Source: Halarcobacter sp. (GTDB lineage: Bacteria; Campylobacterota; Campylobacteria; Campylobacterales; Arcobacteraceae). From it: a DNA stretch of 64,000 nt. The notes under the pieces were generated by a model. The model was not told where the DNA came from. It did no database searches and worked only from the letters and a program-made list of their open reading frames with translations. The stretch is taken from the NCBI GenBank assembly GCA_048571215.1, contig CP182352.1, positions 2,304,001-2,368,000 of the forward strand, written 5' to 3'. Below, piece by piece: positions 58,921-64,000 of the stretch; position 1 is the stretch's first letter, and each line of letters begins with the position of its first letter. The position numbers were made by a program, and so were the translations under genes.

Positions 58921-59262
58921 ATGGATACTTCAAAAAAAACTCTTTTTCTAAAATCTGATAAAGTGGGTGATGGTGAACTAGGTTCAATGCTAATAAAAGG
59001 TTTTTTAAATGCTATTTATGAACAAAAAGAAACTCCCAAAGCAATTGTTTGTGTTAATAGTGCAGTTTTATTAACAACGGCAAATATAGAAGATGAGATT
59101 GTTCAAATCTTAAAAAAAATAGAAGAGAAAGGGGTGGTTATATACTCTTGCGGAACCTGTTTAGATTATTATGAAAAAAGAGATGATTTAAAAGTTGGTA
59201 TCGCTGGAAATGCTTTAGATACAGCTAAGATGCTCTTAACTGAAAATATAGTTTCACTATAA
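58921..59262 (+). CDS. Selenium metabolism protein YedF-like (DsrE fold)
   Basis: G.GELG..L..GF, N..V.L, SCGTCLDYY; upstream of selD; AAGGA RBS before ATG 58921. Confidence 0.85.
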   Translation: MDTSKKTLFLKSDKVGDGELGSMLIKGFLNAIYEQKETPKAIVCVNSAVLLTTANIEDEIVQILKKIEEKGVVIYSCGTCLDYYEKRDDLKVGIAGNALDTAKMLLTENIVSL

Positions 59263-59473
59263 TAAACAATAACAATAAAGAGCTTTTGTAAAAATAATTT
59301 AAATGTTAATTAAGACTTAAAGGGTAAAACAAACTTTACTTTTATAATTTTATTTTAACTAAATAGAGGGTAAAATGTTTATACATTAAACCTATGGAAT
59401 AGGTATACATAAATGTTTTACTTCAATATAACTACTTATATACATATTCCATAACATATAATTCGAGGATAAA

Positions 59474-60508
59474 ATGAGCGACGAATATAAATTAACCAAA
59501 TTCGTATGTGCTGCTGGTTGAGCTGCTAAATTGGGTCCGGGTGATCTTAAACAAACGATTAGTAGTTTAGCAACATATGATGAAAAAGTACTTGTGGGAT
59601 TTGAAAATAGTGATGATGCTTCTGTTTATCAAATAAATGATGATGAAGCAGTTGTACAAACACTTGATTTTATTACACCAGTTGTAGATGATCCATATAT
59701 TTTTGGAAAAATTGCAGCTGCAAACTCTCTATCAGATGTATTCGCAATGGGTGCAGAGGTAAGGACTGCCCTAAATATTGTGGGCTTTGATAGAAAAAAT
59801 TTTGAAAAAGATGCCTTAGGAGAGATACTTAAAGGTGGAAATGAAAAAATAAGAGAGTGTGGTGGATTATTAATGGGTGGACATACTATTGAATCACCTG
59901 AGATGTTTTATGGATTGTCTGTTATGGGGATGGTACACCCTAATAAAATCTATAGAAACAATAGTGCAAAAATTGGTCATGTGTTAGTGCTTACAAAACC
60001 TCTTGGAATGGGTATTTTAACCACAGCAATTAAAAATGATCTTATAGAAGAGAGTACTAAACAAGAGGCAATAAAAATTATGGAGACCCTAAATTATCTC
60101 CCATCAAAAATATTAAGACAATATGATGTAAGTGCTTGTACAGATATTACAGGCTTTGGTCTTTTAGGTCATGCTTTGGAGGCAACTACAGATTTTACCT
60201 CTTTTGCTATTCATTGTGGAATAGTACCAGTTATGCAAGATGCACAAGAGTTAGCTCTACAAGGGGTAGTTCCAGGTGGAACAAAAAGAAATATGAAATA
60301 TATGGAAGATAAAACAACTATAATGTGCCCTACTTCAAAATGTTATCAAATGTATTGTGATGCACAAACCTCTGGTGGCTTGCTAATAGCTATGGATCCA
60401 AATGATGCAAAAGAGTATGTAAAAAAAGTTGAAGAGTTAACTTATGGTTATGCAGCTATTATTGGGGAAGTTATCCCAAGAGGTGTTACACCTATAATTA
60501 TTCACTAA
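59474..60508 (+). CDS. selD: Selenide, water dikinase, selenoprotein (UGA at 59519-59521 read as Sec), 344 aa
   Basis: ATG 59474 with GAGG RBS: MSDEYKLTKFVCAAG-U-AAKLGPGDL, in frame with the 59531 ORF; DDA, DFITP, ANSLSD, GGHT, TDITGFGL, DAQTSGGL. Confidence 0.96.
59522..59566 (+). promoter_or_regulatory. Probable SECIS element of selD
   Basis: GCUGCUAA/UUAGUAGU lower stem and GGGUC-CGGGU-GAUCU upper hairpin directly after UGA. Confidence 0.55.
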
Positions 60509-60512
60509 AATT

Positions 60513-60611
60513 TGGCGAGAAGGCGTAGGAATCGAACCTACCGCGGTGTTTGTCATCAAAACCGCCATCAGGGTTGAAGCCTGTGGTGTCCACCAGGATC
60601 ACATGCCCCCC
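60513..60611 (-). tRNA. selC: tRNA-Sec (anticodon UCA)
   Basis: GGGGGGC...CTGGTG...CAGG-CT-TCA-AC-CCTG, long variable arm, GTAGG-TTCGATT-CCTAC, ends GCCA; 99 nt. Confidence 0.95.
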
Positions 60612-60673
60612 AAATTTTTTTATTGAGAAGGAATTCTACAATAAAAAGATTAAAAATTTCTAAAAGGGTAAAA

Positions 60674-62023
60674 ATGATTTTACTAAAATCTATTCCAAAA
60701 GTGGATAAATTTGTTTTAAATGAGGCATTTAAACATATGTCACTCCACTTGATTACTTCTATTGCAAAAGAGATAATACAAGAGTTAAGAGAAGATATTT
60801 TAAATAAAAAAATTGAAAAAATAGATGAAAATGAGCTAATAAAAAAAGTTATACAAAGATATCAATATATTACAAACCCCTCTTTACAAAAAGTTATAAA
60901 TGCAACAGGTGTGATTGTACATACAAACTTAGGAAGAAGCCTTATAGATGAAAAAACTTTTGATAAGGTAAAACAAATAGCTATCTCATACAACAATTTA
61001 GAATACAATTTACAAGAGGGAAAACGGGGAGAAAGATATACCCATATCTCAAAGGTAGTTTGTAAAGTTTTAGGATGTGAAGATGTTCTAATAGTAAATA
61101 ACAATGCCAGTGCTGTTTTTTTAGTTCTTAATACCTTTGCTCAAAATAAAGAAGTTGCAGTAAGTAGAGGTGAATTAGTTGAGATAGGAGGAAGTTTTAG
61201 AGTACCTGATGTTATGCAAAGTAGCGGAGCAATACTAAAAGAGATTGGGACTACAAATAAAACCCATCTAAGAGATTATGAAAATATCATAAATGAAAAC
61301 ACAGCAATGCTTATGAAAGTACATAAATCAAACTATTCAATAGAAGGTTTTAGTAGTGAAGTTTCTTTTAAAGATATTGTTAAAGTTGCTCAAGAGAATA
61401 ACTTAATAGACTACTATGATATGGGAAGTGGGCACTTAATTGATCTACCTTATAATCTAAGTGAAACTGAACCCTCTGTGATTGATTATATGAAATACAA
61501 GCCATCTTTACTTAGTTTTTCTGGGGATAAACTATTGGGTTCTGTACAAGCTGGTATTATAGTTGGAAAGAAAAAATATATTGAAAAACTAAAAAAGAAT
61601 CCACTACTTAGAATGTTAAGGGTTGACAAATTAACTTTGGCTTTACTTGAAGAAAATATCAAATCAATTTTGCTTAAAAACTATGATGAGATACCTACAT
61701 TAAAAATGCTATTTAAATCTATTGAAGAGTTAAAAAAAGATGCACAAACATTAAAAAATGGTATTAAAGATATTTGTGATTGTGAAGTGATAGAAACATC
61801 TACAGTTATAGGGGGAGGAACCACTCCAAATAAAAAAATACCAACTATTGCTTTAAGTATAGAGTTTAATAACTATAAGCCAAATAAAATAGAAAAACTT
61901 TTTAGGGCTAAGAATATCATAGGAAGAATTGAAAATGAAAAATTTTTATTAGATTTTAGAACAATTCAAAAAAATGATATAGAGTTTATAAAACAAACTA
62001 TAAAAGAGCTTATAAATGAATAA
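60674..62023 (+). CDS. selA: L-seryl-tRNA(Sec) selenium transferase
   Basis: INATGVIVHTNLGR, VNNNA, SRGELVEIGGSFR, FSGDKLLG; start placed at MILLKSIPK. Confidence 0.97.
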   Translation: MILLKSIPKVDKFVLNEAFKHMSLHLITSIAKEIIQELREDILNKKIEKIDENELIKKVIQRYQYITNPSLQKVINATGVIVHTNLGRSLIDEKTFDKVKQIAISYNNLEYNLQEGKRGERYTHISKVVCKVLGCEDVLIVNNNASAVFLVLNTFAQNKEVAVSRGELVEIGGSFRVPDVMQSSGAILKEIGTTNKTHLRDYENIINENTAMLMKVHKSNYSIEGFSSEVSFKDIVKVAQENNLIDYYDMGSGHLIDLPYNLSETEPSVIDYMKYKPSLLSFSGDKLLGSVQAGIIVGKKKYIEKLKKNPLLRMLRVDKLTLALLEENIKSILLKNYDEIPTLKMLFKSIEELKKDAQTLKNGIKDICDCEVIETSTVIGGGTTPNKKIPTIALSIEFNNYKPNKIEKLFRAKNIIGRIENEKFLLDFRTIQKNDIEFIKQTIKELINE

Positions 62024-63851
62024 CTACATTATAGGAACAGCAGGACATATTGACCATGGTAAAACTGCTTTAATAAAAGCATTAAATGGTTATGAAGGTG
62101 ATAGTACAAAAGAGGAAAAACAAAGGGGTATAACAATAGATTTAAGTTTTTCTAATCTATCAAATGGAAAACAAAATGTAGCTTTTATAGATGTACCTGG
62201 TCATGAAAAGTTAATTAAAAATATGATTGCAGGAGCCTTCTCTTTTGATTGCGTAATGATTGTAGTAAGTGCAACAGAAAAGATTATGCCCCAAACTATA
62301 GAACACTTGGAGATTTTAAATCTACTTGGGATTAAAAATGCCATATTAACAATAAGCAAAAAAGATTTAGTTGAGAAAGAAAAGCTTCCTAATATTATTG
62401 TAGAAATAGAAAACTATATAAAAGAGTTTGAGTTTAATATTTTATTTACAAGTGCTGTTTCAATTTATGATGAAAGCTCTATAGAGACCCTAAAACAAAA
62501 ACTTTTTAGTCTTAATGCAAATACCAAACTAGAAGAAAACTTCTTTAGATATTATATTGATAGAGTTTTTTCAAGCTCAGGGGCAGGTACAATCGTAACA
62601 GGAACTGTTTTAGGAAAACCCATAGAACTAGATGAGAAACTTTTTATTTGTGATATAAAAAAAGAAGTAAAAGTTAAAAACCTTCAAGTTCATAACAAAA
62701 ATGAACAGCAAGCTAATATCTCTAATAGAACTGCCATAAATCTAACTGGGGTAAAAACAAGTGATATTAAAAAAGGTTTCATAATCTCTAAAAAGGGTTT
62801 TTTAAGAGGTTTTAATACAGTTGATATCTCTTTTAAAACTTTACAAAATAAAGAACTAAAACATAATCAAACCTATTCTATTTTTATTGGTTCTAAAAAA
62901 GTTGAAGGAAAGGTTTTACTTTTCAATAGTGAAACTTCACTTAAAAAAGGTTTTGCAACATTAAATTTAGAGCAAGAAATCTATAGCATTTACAAGGAGA
63001 AACTAATCCTTAGACAAGGTACTGATACAATAGCAGGAGGTATTATCCTAAACCCAATTGCAGATCCAATGAAAAAAAACCAAAAACTTGAACTTCTAAA
63101 AGCATTAGAAAAAGAGGATATTATAAAAACCTATGAAATTCTTTTAACTGCCCATAAAAAAGGTTTAGGTTTGATATCTTCTGCCCAAAGATTTGCACTA
63201 AGCCATAAGGAGGCTTTAGAGTTTGCAAAATCTTTAAAAGATACCTTTATAGATGAAAACTCTTTAGTTTTATACCCTTTGGAAACAAAAAATCTAATCA
63301 AATCAACGATAAAAGATATCTATAAAAAAAATCAATATGCCCTACTTTCAAATGCATCTGTTTTACTTAGAATTAAATGGGCAAGTAAAAATTTTATTCA
63401 ATTAGCACTTAATGAATTAGTAGAAGAAGATTTTCTCTTGCAAGAAGGCAATCTATATAAAAACATAAATATTAAAGAGAATTTTAAAACCTCCTTAGAA
63501 AAAACTATTTTAAATAGATTGTTAGAAGAATCATTTAGCCCTACAGCACCTTATAATATCTATGATGATATGGACTTAGATAGAATGATGGGAGATAATA
63601 TCCTAAAATCTTTAACAGAAAGAAAACTTGTAGTTAGACTCCAACACAATATATTTATCCATCACGAAAACCTAGTAAAAGTGATAAAACTAATAAATAA
63701 TCTAATAAAAACTATAACCTATGTAGATATTCAAGTTTTAAAAAAAGAGCTTCCTATTAGTAGAAAATATTTAATAGCATATTTAGAGTATATGGATAAC
63801 TTTGAACATATAGAAAAAGTTGGAGATAAAAGAGTCTTTAAGGAGTCTTAA
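62016..63851 (+). CDS. selB: Selenocysteine-specific elongation factor
   Basis: GTAGHIDHGKT, RGITIDL, DVPGHEK; C-terminal SRKY...LEY.D winged helix. Confidence 0.97.
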   Translation: MNNYIIGTAGHIDHGKTALIKALNGYEGDSTKEEKQRGITIDLSFSNLSNGKQNVAFIDVPGHEKLIKNMIAGAFSFDCVMIVVSATEKIMPQTIEHLEILNLLGIKNAILTISKKDLVEKEKLPNIIVEIENYIKEFEFNILFTSAVSIYDESSIETLKQKLFSLNANTKLEENFFRYYIDRVFSSSGAGTIVTGTVLGKPIELDEKLFICDIKKEVKVKNLQVHNKNEQQANISNRTAINLTGVKTSDIKKGFIISKKGFLRGFNTVDISFKTLQNKELKHNQTYSIFIGSKKVEGKVLLFNSETSLKKGFATLNLEQEIYSIYKEKLILRQGTDTIAGGIILNPIADPMKKNQKLELLKALEKEDIIKTYEILLTAHKKGLGLISSAQRFALSHKEALEFAKSLKDTFIDENSLVLYPLETKNLIKSTIKDIYKKNQYALLSNASVLLRIKWASKNFIQLALNELVEEDFLLQEGNLYKNINIKENFKTSLEKTILNRLLEESFSPTAPYNIYDDMDLDRMMGDNILKSLTERKLVVRLQHNIFIHHENLVKVIKLINNLIKTITYVDIQVLKKELPISRKYLIAYLEYMDNFEHIEKVGDKRVFKES

Positions 63852-64000
63852 TTAGTTCCTATCCACTCTTTTATAGTTTGTTCTTTATCAAATAACTTTG
63901 TTTTTTTTCTTGTTATGTTTGCAATACTAAGTAACTCTTTAGATGCTGTTTCTAAATCATCATTTATTATAAGGTAGTCATATTTTTGAAAAGATTTTAT
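63848..64000 (-). CDS. gmk: Guanylate kinase, 3' end (partial)
   Basis: Minus-strand frame IKSFQKYDYLIINDDLETASKEL...; YDY.I.NDDL is typical of the Gmk C-terminus. Confidence 0.75.
   Translation of the reverse strand: MKSFQKYDYLIINDDLETASKELLSIANITRKKTKLFDKEQTIKEWIGTN

Noticed and set aside
2898..61104. Numerous 60-130 aa ORFs antisense to or nested in long genes (e.g. 7144-7461, 9273-9668, 43721-44095, 60862-61104)
   Set aside because: They overlap well-supported genes, have no motifs, and show the Ser/Phe/Ile-rich composition typical of reverse-frame shadows.

Overview
AT-rich Campylobacterota chromosome segment, most likely Arcobacteraceae (inferred from gene content and protein style). 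The backbone has glyA (partial), valS, a pspA-yqiJ-yqiK-like operon, a UvrD helicase, msrPQ, tpx, znuBC, AmmeMemoRadiSam genes, hemH, ccoS/ccoI, a W/Mo-formate dehydrogenase region (wtpABC, moeA, fdhD, fdhABC with selenocysteine in FdhA) and the selenocysteine machinery (yedF-like, selenoprotein selD, selC, selA, selB). The standout is an ~11 kb accessory island (~9.7-20.6 kb). An intact tyrosine recombinase sits beside a 9.7 kb segment bounded by a perfect 27-bp inverted repeat, and each copy contains the RBS and start codon of one of two convergent modules. Module 1 is an aminocyclitol-type biosynthetic operon: an inositol-1-P synthase::SHMT/transaldolase-like fusion, a TIR-domain protein, a BtrR-like aminotransferase, a BtrN-like radical SAM enzyme and a GNAT. 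Module 2 is a SIR2-STAND NTPase. This suggests an invertible (phase-variable) defence switch carrying a possibly undescribed TIR/aminocyclitol system; that function is inferred, not shown. Also seen: two tandem sibling sRNA-like genes, and a GGTAAA-N6-TTTACC palindrome shared by the fdh/yedF/selD/selA upstream regions. All family calls are by motif recognition; no database search was run.
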